A stretch of DNA of 64,000 nt from Setoptus koraiensis (GCA_048013815.1 CM106585.1:2914001-2978000), one strand, 5' to 3'; positions 50,592 to 60,907 are shown, counted from the stretch's first letter. Notes: generated by a model from the sequence alone, not told the origin. Made by a program: numbers and translations.

Positions 50592-51146
50592 CAATGGCTG
50601 TCAAGTACGCATGGTGACATCAGCCAGTGTCTCGAGGTCATTGACACACTGAAGATGACGCGTCGTGGAGATTGTTTAGGCGCTATAGTCTCTTTGTTGC
50701 GGTTTCTGATTGCAATCATGCTCGTTTCTCGTTCTTCTCTACAGTACGCTCGACTACAATCAATCGCGCAGCAAATCAACAAGTATATATAGCCTATTAT
50801 AATCGAGAATGAAGTCAGAAAACCATCACATTCGACAGTGTTAAGATCTATTGAAAGAATTATCATGTCATTTAACGTTCATCCGTTGTGTGATCTTTGC
50901 CACACAAGAATCGTAACGACGAATCAAGAAGCCAAACACAACGGCTCTATTGTACATTTCAAATGCAAGAAAAAAATAACGATACCACCAGGTCCCCACG
51001 TATTAAATCCAGTGCCAATGTCGCTCATCAGATTTGCCAACGAAGAACAATGGGCACCTGAGGATCAGAAATTAATCATCGGGCCTTGCGGATATGTCCC
51101 AGCACAATCGACTAGGCGCAGATCTCAAGCACTGCATCTATGGTGA
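50592..51146 (+). pseudogene. Interrupted orphan reading frame with a CxxC...HxxC motif, lying between two HINE copies
   Basis: One frame runs 50592-51146 with a single TAG at 50790; it contains PLCDLCHTRIVTTNQEAKHNGSIVHFKC. No family recognised. Confidence 0.35.
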
Positions 51147-51289
51147 GCACTATGTGTTGGCGCGCGCTCCATGTGCGGTGTGCTATTCAAATTGATCGTT
51201 TGGTCGTTTCACACCGTCTAAAGAGTATCACAAACTAGATCCAGGTTTCTCAAATTTTCACCATAGTTAGATTCACATGTCAGCTGCCT

Positions 51290-51815
51290 GCATGCAAAAA
51301 TTGGTGCATTTTCATCGGTTAGTTTCGCCACAATAAATAATTAAAATTCATACACCAAGACGCAATGGCGCACAACGTGTGTTGTGTGCTACTTCAATGT
51401 GTGGTTGCTTAATATATCTCAGCATTGCTTATGCTGGGAGTCTCTAGCTATTCTTAGTAGCTTCAACTATTCTGCCATCTCCTAATCTTTGCGCTATTGG
51501 CTTCCCGTGCGCTAGATCTAATATGTCAGCAACCAGCCTTTTGCTGCGCTGAATACATCTAGTAAGCGTCTCAGCCTTCACCGTATAATTGTTTTCTAAT
51601 AACTCCGCCTCCTAGCTTCTCCTGTGCTAAATTTAACTAATCAACATTGCATGCTTTGAGTGTTCTGAATTTATCTAGTTTATTTCTCACAGTACAGCCT
51701 CCACCGTGCTATTTTTTCCTAGTTGAAAAAAGCACTGATTTGTTCTACCCACGTGAATAAACGTAGCACCCAGACCCATCCCAATAGCTACCTAATTAAA
51801 ATTAAGCGCTAAAAA
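51290..51815 (-). mobile_element. HINE copy 2 (hairpin end missing)
   Basis: 51623-51815 is a direct repeat of 50288-50480 ending AATTAAAATTAAGCGCT-AAAAA. About 51320-51375 resembles the internal sequence of copy 4 (GTTTCGCCACAAT...CAATGGCGCACA). The left boundary is approximate. Confidence 0.6.
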
Positions 51816-51816
51816 C

Positions 51817-52560
51817 TCAGATTACAATGAGTACAATAAAGAAGCTTACGACAGGAACCGATAAGCAGTTGAATTTGAAGTTAACGACTCTATTCTCGAA
51901 CATTTCTCTCCGAAATATAGAGCCGAACAGAAGATCGCGGACCGGTACTTCGGCCCATATGAGACAACCGAGGTTCGCTCTAATGATATCTACAAACTGT
52001 CTCTGGTAAATAAGAACGTGAGAAAGAAAGCGAACATATCTCACGTCAGTCGCCTGAAAAAGTACACAGCGGTAAGTGAAATCTCTGCAGTTAATAGCGT
52101 GATCAAATTAATGGCACCATTAAAGGTATTGTGCACCATGTGCCAGCTGTCATCTGCAGAATTCCACATGGCCGATCCAATACAATGGCGACCAACTAAT
52201 GTTCCGCACATGTCCGGGCAGAAAGACTGGTCACTACGGGTGGTGATTGTAGACCCGTGTGAGGCAATGTTTTCAAACATTACCCATGTAATAAAAAAGA
52301 TTGATAAGGCTATCATCAAGAACTGTGATCTACGGTTTAATGAGTTGATAGTGAGAGAGTTAGACAAGCTATGCCCTAAGGCAAACACCCTCAAAAGATT
52401 TGTGTTCGAGCTGGCCACGTGTTCCGCTACCGCAGTAACAGCACTAATAGCGACAACATCATCATTTAGGCAGCTCGATACAAAGGAGCAAGTCGACATG
52501 GTGAGCTCCTTAACGCATGAAATAATCACAACTACGAATGAGACACATATGCCAGCGTAA
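51817..52560 (+). pseudogene. Ty3/gypsy integrase C-terminal GPY/F module running in frame into an env-like ORF fragment
   Basis: AYDRNR*AVEFEVNDSIL...KIADRYFGPYETTEVRSNDIYKL...SHVSRLKKY, with a stop at 51862. It continues ...ADPIQWRPTNVP...VVIVDPC...CDLRF...LDKLCP...TLKR-FVFELATCSATAVTALIA. The env call is from recalled similarity and the basic-site-plus-hydrophobic-peptide pattern. Confidence 0.75.
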
Positions 52561-52562
52561 TT

Positions 52563-53037
52563 AAACATGATTCAATTCACCTATTCTATGCTTTGTATGT
52601 CCATTTTCGGCTTGCATATAAACAATTTGATGTAACCACTGCATTTCTTAACGGCACTCCGGAAGAAACTATTTATTAGACACCGCCAGATGGAATCGAT
52701 TGCCCTAGCAACAAAGCGCTGAAGTTACAGAAAGCTCATAGGGCCTTAAGCAATCGTCACGTCGCTGGCAGGCCAAACTAAACGAAATATTAGACAAAGT
52801 GGGATTACATCTCTCGCACTCAGATTCCAGTTTCTATGTAGGCCATTACGACAGAGCTAAAGTAATCATGATAATTTATGCTGATGATGCTATTGCGACA
52901 TCATCAAGTGGACCGATCCTATGCGAAATAACTAATGTCATTGGAAATGAAATAACTATAAAGATTCGTTGGTTTCCAATTTGAGCACAACAAAGATGGC
53001 ATCTTATTACATCAAGAAAATTACATTAAACAAACAG
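52563..53037 (+). pseudogene. Ty1/copia reverse transcriptase (RVT_2) relic
   Basis: QFDVTTAFLNGTPEETIY*TPPDG...KA/GLKQSSRRW...DSSFY...IIYADD.../FVGFQFEHNKDGILLHQENYIK; one stop and two frameshifts. Confidence 0.9.
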
Positions 53038-53349
53038 GTTGTTGTAGCGATTAGGTCCCAGCGCCGATCATGATGATACTTGCGGTACAGGTTCATCTTG
53101 ACCCTAAACCATTGGAAAAAGTGGTCCGGAAGTGCGGAAGCTTCCGCTTCCGGTTTTACCTAAACATGCTTCTAGAGAGTTGAAACTCACCAGACTGACT
53201 TTATAGATGACGATCAATAGGATGACACAACTTTCAGCACTACACCACTTCCGGTTCTCTGGTTATAGCGATATCTCTAGAATTGAGAGACCAGAAGTTG
53301 CCGATTTCAGGCTCCGCTACGCTCAGGGATGAGCCTGCAATTGTTCTGA

Positions 53350-53506
53350 GAACTCGGCCTGCGGCCTCGTATTCTGGAGGCCGTCACATCTCCGTCGTCG
53401 CTACCACGACGACTGCGTGCGACGGGAACCCTTCGGGTAGGGTTGATGAGCGCTTCGGGTATCGGGCTGCGCCCTCTACCCTCCGCTCACATGACTGCAA
53501 ACCATA
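53350..53506 (+). repeat. 157-bp hairpin-rich block, copy A (also 56514-56670 +, about 55160-55294 -, partial from 57371 +)
   Basis: Copies A and B differ at about 6 positions. Stems include GGCC-TGC-GGCC, GTCGTCGC-N4-(G/A)CGACGAC and ACCC-TTC-GGGT. Confidence 0.9.
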
Positions 53507-55301
53507 GACGAGAGTAAGAGACAAGAAGAATAATTGAAAGCCTCGGAACATGATTCAAGCTCAGAACTAGCGCTGTGCCGTCTTGTGTGGCGACATGTCT
53601 GAGCCTCTTGGCGCACGTGTTACCTCGTGCGCGCGAACATTTCGTCCCCGGCGGAATACCCGCGCGGTTTTTCCCAGATACCTCTGAAACCGGAAGTCGC
53701 ACAGACATGAAATGAACTACATTGAACTGAGAATGACTGTTGTCTGCTGCATACCAAGTTTCATGTTTCTAGCTTGAAGTTAAAGCTAAAACCGGAAGGA
53801 GTGATTTCTACACTTCCGGTCTAAAAGAATTGTCATCAAGGGCCTCTAGAGTACCCACATGGTGAGTTTCGTGGTGATCTGATGGGTGCCCACTTCGCAA
53901 GAACACCCTAAAATTCATAATCTCGACGATGCATAGAATAATGGTTAAAAATAATGAAAATCCTTTTATCAAAATGCCCATCTTCATGTGCTGAGTGGTT
54001 AACAGTGAATGTACAGTCATCAACGAAAACCCGCCCATCAAATACCGTCACTTCGCGTGGATGACAACAACATCGCCTGGCGGCTTCAAGAAACCAACTA
54101 TGAAAATTTGCGCAGTTAATGTGATTGACTCTTCAAAATTTGTTTACATGTTGTTGCTTCTCAGTCTCGTGTGTAGATAGCTGGCTTCTAGTTTGCTTAC
54201 ATATTGCTAACTTCTCAATCGAGTGTGCAGATACCTCAGATCTTTTACTTGTTTACAGATCGTTAATTACTAGCCTCGTGTGTATACAGTTGCTACACTT
54301 GCTGCTGCTCGGTCAGTCATTTTCCTGTGCCTTTCCTCTCTCAACTAATCAAGCATTCGTTCTAACGTCTTTTCGGTTTCTTCGCGAGAGAAACAACTTC
54401 CCATAAGCCTATTCGCCATGATCGATTCGGCATCGTCTTCGTTTTGCGGTTCCGATTCGAGTATATCTTATAACTTCGCCTCGTCAGTATCTTCAGTATC
54501 TGACTCATTAGGAGCAGGAGATAGACGGAGGCATACGATAGTGAGTTTGTACATGTTTATTGAGTGAGTTCTAAAACACAAGTGAAGTGTGTTACTGTGT
54601 GAATACAACTATAAATACGTGTCTACAATTGAATAGTCCGTTCGAGGATAGTGTTCGCATAGATCAACTTGCATTGCATGGCCCCGTCGTCAGAATGGGG
54701 CGTCCTCGCTCACTTTGTGTGGTGCTTTGGCTGGCTGGACCCTAAGAGAAAGCAAGTCATTCTTGTTGATAGATTATGTTTTGAATCCTTCTAAGCTATT
54801 CTGCCGCTGCATTGGTGGAACAACTCCGCCTGATCGTAGTCCTCTAATACCTGAATGTGAAAACTTGAATAGTTCATTTGGGTGTTGTAGCGATTAGGGT
54901 CCACTCAGAATTTAATGAAGCTTCGCACAGGGGCTCTGTAAGGGCCCTTTATCATAAATCATGTGGTCCTCAAGGGGGGGGGCGCTTCCGGATCCGAAGA
55001 AACGAAAATATTAAGATAGAAATCTGAAAATTCAGAACCAGGTGGATAACACCTAGCGAGACACGATGAAATCAAAATTAAACTTCTACCATTTCCGGTA
55101 TGTGAGATATCACGGTTTATTCATTTCGGGTCTGTGTGGTTGAGGTCAACGGACCCATTCCGTGCATAGATTGCATTCATAGGAGCGAAGGGCAGAGGGC
55201 GAAGCCCGAAACCCGAAGCGCTCATCAACCGTACCCGAGGGGTTCCCGTCGCACGCAGTCGTCGCGGAAGCGACGACGGAGATGTGACGGCCTCAAAAAT
55301 A

Positions 55302-56028
55302 CAAGTAATACTGATCTTATCAGTATCAAGAGCGCTTAATCATGTGAGTTGATAATTTGCAGATATCAAATTTCGTATCTTCTAGAGTTAACATGTGTAA
55401 TGTTTAGATACTTTAACACAGGATTCGAGAGACTCAAAACTCCTTAAAGTTAACATGTGTAATGTTTAGATGCTTCAACACGGGAATCATATTTCAAAAG
55501 TCCATAGGGTTAACACGTGTAATGTTTAGATACTTTAACACAGGAATTGAGAGACTCAAATCTCCATAGAGCTAACATGTGTAATGTTAAGATACTTCAA
55601 CACGGGAATCATATTTCAAAACTCCATAGGGTTAACATGTGTAATGTTTAGATACTTAAACTAATTGAGAAATTCAACAATATGTAAACAAGCTACAGAG
55701 CCAGCTATCTACATACGAGACTGTGGAGCAACAGCATGTAAACGAATTTTGAACAGCTAGAATGTGATGATGAGGTGGCAGACTTAGATTTCGATCATAT
55801 CTGTAGCTCACTGTGTATCAGGGAGCGGAGCTACTTAAGTCTAAATCAAGCTGAAGCTTTCTGTGTGCTAGAGAGCGTAGCGACTTAAGTCTCAACTAGT
55901 GTGTAGCTTACTGTGTGCTAAGGAGGGGGCGTGACTCAAAATTGTAGGCTTGTGTGTGGATTGCCTCCTCCATTTAGGATCCAACATCACTACATCATTA
56001 GCGCTTAATTAAAATTAAGCGCTAAAAA
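55302..56028 (-). mobile_element. HINE copy 3 (best preserved, about 730 bp)
   Basis: Read on the minus strand: the 5' end is TTTT-TAGCGCTTAATTTTAATTAAGCGCTA (palindrome 55999-56024); the 3' end is the subterminal IR ATTAAGCGCT (55331-55340), then hairpin ATACTGAT-AAG-ATCAGTAT, then TACTTG. Both ends lie in A/T runs and there are internal tandem repeats, as in DINE-1/HINE architecture. Confidence 0.8.
55387..55660. repeat. About 61-bp tandem repeat x about 4.5 with alternating 62/60-bp units (122-bp dimer)
   Basis: The core G(T/C)TAACA(T/C)GTGTAATGTT starts at 55387, 55449, 55509, 55571 and 55631. Tails alternate between ACAGGA..GAGAGACTCAAA and ACGGGAATCATATTTCAAAA. Confidence 0.9.
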
Positions 56029-56044
56029 TACCCCATAATCCGCT

Positions 56045-56396
56045 AGCGGTCGTCGAGTATCAAGAAACGCCTCCCGTGCGGTACCTCGGTTATCTCGGGA
56101 ACTAGGAATTTCCGCACTTCGGGAATACCCATTCCGGTATCAGAGTACAATACCTCACCCGAAATACCAAATCCAAAATACCCCGAAAAAAGTGTGGCGC
56201 TATCAGATAGAATAACCAAGAAGTTTGGGTTATAGTCCCGAAGAGCGCCACACTTTTTTCGGGGTATCTTGGGTATTTTCGGGTAGGCTATTGTACCCTG
56301 ATACCGCGATAGGTATTCCGGAAGTGCGGAAGTTCCTGGTTCCCGAGATAACCGAGGTACCAATCTATGGGCGTTTCTCGCTACCCGACAGCCGCT
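56045..56396. repeat. About 350-bp foldback (arms about 56045-56201 and 56244-56396)
   Basis: GGTACCTCGGTTATCTCGGGAA...TTCCGCACTTC...AAAAAAGTGTGGCGCT is mirrored by AGCGCCACACTTTTTT...GAAGTGCGGAA...TTCCCGAGATAACCGAGGTACC. The arms resemble about 48965-49070. Confidence 0.85.
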
Positions 56397-56513
56397 TGGG
56401 GATTTGCGGGTATATCTTCGGGGTAATTTCTGGTTCCTCGATGAAGTCGCGTCCAATACAGCAAGGAATAGTAGATATAGGACTTAGCTTCGCTCTGATT
56501 GTGATGGGTCCAA

Positions 56514-56670
56514 GAACTCGGCCTGCGGCCTCGTAATCTGGAGGCCGTCACATCTCCGTCGTCGCTCCCGCGACGACTGCGTGCGACGGGAACCCTTCGG
56601 GTAGGATTGATGAGCGCTTCGGGTATCGGGCTGCGCCCTCTACCCTCCGCTCACGTGACTGCAATCCATA
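56514..56670 (+). repeat. 157-bp hairpin-rich block, copy B
   Basis: Near-identical to 53350-53506. Confidence 0.9.
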
Positions 56671-57193
56671 CCCTGTCGAAAGAGATGATCAGACTGCGAA
56701 CTGTGAAGCCCAAGATTTCACAGCATCCCATCGAATGCGCAGGCTTCAGATTTAACAGTTCATCAATCAGCGTGATTCCGACCGGTTGCGCAAGTATAGC
56801 TTATGGCGGGTCGTCTGATGAAGGCATTCCATCGAACAAAGACCCGTTCGCTGAACTCGCTAAGATCATGCGCATAGAATAGGAGCAAGAGGTGAAAACC
56901 AACAAAAACGGCCCATATCAGGGCAACCCCAACTTTTAACAACTTTCTCTTGGTTTTTCCCAAAAATCTCGAGGACCGCGCGTCCAACATGGTTGAAATT
57001 GATGGCGTTGTGCTCAGCATGCTTGAATCTACCAGTTTACCGAGTTTTGAGTCTGTATCTCAAAGTTTTATTAAAACCGGAACCGGAAGTTTCCGCACTT
57101 CCGGACCACTCAATTTGTACTAAGAGGGCCCTACGGGCCCCATGTGTGAAGTTTCATCTCAATAGAAGTGTGGCGCTCTTCGGGACTACACCC

Positions 57194-57372
57194 GAAATTT
57201 GTAACCTATTCAACATCAAACATATTAAGTCTACGCCCCTGCACTCGCAGGGGAATGCGATCGTCGAGAGAGTCGAAGAAGAACGCCACCATCGGCGAAA
57301 AATTGTCGATCCTAATCAATAGCGGCGACCAGTTCACCGTAGATAATTGGGACGATGCCCTTCCATTCATCA
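57194..57372 (+). pseudogene. Ty3/gypsy integrase core fragment
   Basis: EICNLFNIKHIKSTPLHSQGNAIVER, then a frameshift, then ATIGEKLSILINSGDQFTVDNWDDALPF; matches the rve C-terminal ..HPQxNGxxER...WDxxLP pattern. Confidence 0.75.
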
Positions 57373-57622
57373 CGACGACTTCGTGCGACGGGAACTCTTC
57401 GGGTAGGGTTGATGAGCGCTTCGGGTTTCGGGCTTCGCTCTCAGCCCTCCGCTCAAATGACTGCAATCCGTGCACGGATGTAGGGACCATCATTGGCAAG
57501 AATAAGAAGAATTCAGAGATTCTGGGAGTCGAGTGGGCGGGGCCCACGATCGGGCCGGGTTTTGTTCGGGCTTCCGTTCAAGTTGCAAGCCTGAATGAAC
57601 AACTATGATACTACTAACAATA

Positions 57623-59020
57623 CAAGTGATACTGATTCTATCAGTACCTCGAGCGCTTAATTTTTTGGATAGACGAGTATCGTTGGAATATAGATGCGAG
57701 TATGTGACAGCATGTCGGAGATAATCATCTATGCCTGTCGATCAGAGTAGCCGAAAAGATGACAGAATGAATACAAGTTCTCCCAATTTCTATCGCAGCA
57801 TGATACACATGTCGATTGCTTGCGTATGGAATTTAGTAAGATTCTGATAAAGGGTGTTTCATTCCAATCGCACATCTAGAAAACACACTGTGCTGCTCGC
57901 TAGCACATATTCTTTCCGAAGTGGTGATCAAATGAAATTCAGCACAACAAATCAGATAGACTGTGTTGTGGTCAAGAAAAGTTCCATTCGCTTGGCACAA
58001 TTATTAATTTCGCGCTGCACATAGTCTCTCTCTGCACGCTGTAGGTTCCACAGTTCATCGACAACTATCGAAAAAAAAAGCACTGTGGAAGGCAGCCGTA
58101 GCCTTGACAGTTCTAATGTGCGTTTGGAATGAAACACCCTTTAGTCAGTTTCGCCGCAATGAGTAATTAAGTTAGACACACCAATTAGTCAATGGCGCAC
58201 ACTTTGTTATAGTGCATCAATTTTGAATCTCGAAGTTCGAAATGTGACCATCGAACTTCGAATTGTCACCAGCGAACTTCGAATTGTGACCATCGAACTC
58301 TGTACGAGCACCTGGAACTAGTATCGGAAATTCGAATTTTCAATTTCGAATTTCGAAGTTCGAAATGTGACCATCGAACTTCGAATTGTCACCAGCGAAC
58401 TTCGAATTGTGACCATCGAACTCTGTACAAGCACTTGGAACTCCAAATTTCTTTCGCAGCATGATTCACATGTTGATTGCATGCGTACGAAATTTAGTAA
58501 GATTCTTATGGTCAGTTTCGCCACAATGAGTAATTTAGTTAGACACACCAATTAGTCAATGGCGCACACTTTGATATGGTGCATCAAATTCGAATTTCGA
58601 AGTTCGAATTATGACCATCGAACTCCGACACGACGTCGACGCATGGAACTATCATCAGGAATTCGAATTTTCAATTTTCGAATTTCGAATTGTGACCATC
58701 GAGCACTGACCATCCAACGTCGAACGGGCAGATGGAACTGTCATCAGGAATTCGAATTTTGAATTCCGAAGTTCAAATTGTCACCACCGAACTCCTCACT
58801 AATTCGGCTAGGTCAAATTTCCATAGGATTGCATACGAAATATTTTCGAGTGAAGCGATAATAGACCAAGTCGAATCTACATAGGAATACATGTGTTATG
58901 TCTAGCAGGATTCTCACAAATTTGACTAAGTCAAACCTCCATAGGATTACATTGTCACGTGAATAGATTAGCAATAAACACCAAACCAATAGCAACTTAA
59001 TTAAAATTAAGCGCTAAAAA
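57623..59020 (-). mobile_element. HINE copy 4 (about 1.4 kb)
   Basis: Hairpin end CAAGTGATACTGAT-TCT-ATCAGTA with subterminal AGCGCTTAAT (57652-57661); the other end is CTTAATTAAAATTAAGCGCT-AAAAA (to 59020). Internal TTCGAA-rich duplications. Confidence 0.75.
58140..58800. repeat. Nested TTCGAA-rich duplications inside HINE copy 4
   Basis: An about 90-bp block CGAAGTTCGAAATGTGACCATCGAACTTCG...GGAACT occurs at about 58230 and about 58355. GTCAGTTTCGCC...CAATGGCGCACACTTTG occurs at about 58145 and about 58511. Confidence 0.85.
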
Positions 59021-59335
59021 CGGATTTTGCGATATCTCCGGGAGTAAAAATTCCCGCACTTCCTGACTACTTTATTTGTTCTTTGGGGCCCCTTCGGGGC
59101 CCATGTGTGGAGTTTGGATGAAATCGGGCGTGGTACGTGTTCCATACAACACCCGGTTCATATATTCGATGTACCTCCTCCCCCGAGAAGGCTCTGGGTG
59201 TTGTTCGGAAAGACGACACACTCCTATTTCGATCAAACTCAACACAGGGGCCCCGAAGGGGCCCCCAAGTACAATTATGACAGTCCGGAAGTGCGGAAAT
59301 TTTAACTTCCGGAGATATCGAAAAATCCATTTTTT
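59016..59335. repeat. About 320-bp foldback
   Basis: AAAAACGGATTTTGCGATATCTCCGG...GGGGCCCCTTCGGGGCCC is mirrored by GGGGCCCCGAAGGGGCCCC...CCGGAGATATCGAAAAATCCATTTTT. Confidence 0.8.
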
Positions 59336-59457
59336 TGGTCTCACAGATGCTTTTTACCATATATTTCGATATAATCGCACGATTTTCACTACGATGTACG
59401 TGATTTCATTAGATTAAATCATATTTGAGAACTTGATCTCGAGAAATTCACTGTTTT

Positions 59458-60136
59458 TTATCTAGCACTTCCGGTCCGAGATTCAACGTGAATAGAGTAA
59501 TCTGTTTGGCGTAATTGACCATTTAGGCTTACAACTTGAACGCAAGGCCGAACAGAACCCGGCCCGATCGCGGGCCCCGCCCACTCGACTCCCGGCCCAC
59601 GGGAAACAATCCTTTCCCGGGATGCGGGACGGCCCGTAGGGCCGTCACGAGGCAGGCCGTCAATCGTCCCGCCGTCGGCCGAAGGCCGAGGGCGTGGACG
59701 GTAGGCCGGCCTATGCGGGTGGGCCAAAGGCCCACCCGCTCATCGTGGTACATCCTGAGGGGCACAGCCCCGAAGTGCGTGCTCAGCATTCCGTCGATGA
59801 TCCAGTGCCCGCATTCGCGCTCCGCATCGCATCCATCGGTCACGCCAATAAAGTTAAACTACTTTTATTCCCCTCCTGGGGCTGTTAGGTAGAATCTAGC
59901 TTTAATAATCGACCATCAGTACCACAGCGTATGTGAATGCGGGAGGGTACGGCTGCCCGTACCCCAAATATGCCCACAAATACCCTGAAATACCCACAAT
60001 ACGGTACTTCGGGTATCTCGGGAACGAAGAATTTCCGCACTTCCGGAATACCTTTTCCGGTCTCAGAGCATCATACCCTACACAAAAATACCCGAAATAC
60101 CCAAATTGGGGTGTGTCGTCTTTCCGAACAAGCCCC
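59458..60136 (-). repeat. Right arm of 679-bp long inverted repeat
   Basis: Reverse complement of 48935-49613. Confidence 0.95.
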
Positions 60137-60300
60137 AAGGCTCTCAAGCAGAGGAATGTCAGGAGCTGAGCCCGCTCCTGCAGACTCAACTGAGTTGAGC
60201 CGTGTGGCTCAACCATCACGCTAACTCTGCACATATATATACGTGCAGAGACCATACTTATATCATCATTACGCATATAACTTTGTAGTATAAACATATA

Positions 60301-60650
60301 CAATCGCGTTCATATATATTGCGAGAGGGGAAAGCCCCTCGCCCCCCTCCCCCACTGTGCGCAGGAGGCAGCGGCAATTTTCAAAAGTGTTACGAATGAG
60401 CGATGAAATGTTTCAAATAAGTCGCTGATCTGGAGGGCAACACGCGTAGCGTGTTGACCGAACCTAGTCCGAGTTATTCAACATGCTAGGCGTGTTACTC
60501 AACGGGTTGATGACTTATTTGCTACATTGTATCAACACGTTAGCGGTCTTGCGACCGCTAACCGCAACTTTTTCAAAATTGCCGCTGCCTACTGTGCACA
60601 GTGGAGGGGTGAGGGGCTTTCCCCTCTCGCAATATATATGAACGCGATTG
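60301..60650. mobile_element. MITE, 350 bp, TA-flanked (Tc1/mariner-type inferred)
   Basis: The 40-bp TIR CAATCGCGTTCATATATATTGCGAGAGGGGAAAGCCCCTC is perfect and extends imperfectly to about 90 bp. TA lies on both sides, and there is no coding capacity. Confidence 0.88.
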
Positions 60651-60907
60651 TATAAATAAAGCATAGTATAGTATCGCATTCTAACACGGAATCCCCTCCA
60701 GGTGTGTGAGACCCCCTAGCGGTGGGGAATCCAACCATGTATAGAAATCAGATCCAAAACACACTTCAAAAAACCATCTCTTTTCGCAACATCCTTCATT
60801 ACTCTCTAATGTCGATGCTGTCTGAGAAACGATCGTCAGTATTTATTTATCTAATCTGTGGCTGATTACTTTTTGTAATTGGTCATTATCTGAAATGATT
60901 GTTTCAA

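Noticed and set aside
53430-53490. TTGATGAG...TTCG hairpins suggesting a hammerhead ribozyme
   Set aside because: No CUGAnGA plus GAAA core with closing stems was found on either strand by eye.
58220-58780. GAA/TTC-rich tract as heat-shock elements
   Set aside because: Spacing is mostly 0-1 bp (TTCGAA, GAAnTTC) rather than the nGAAnnTTCn register.
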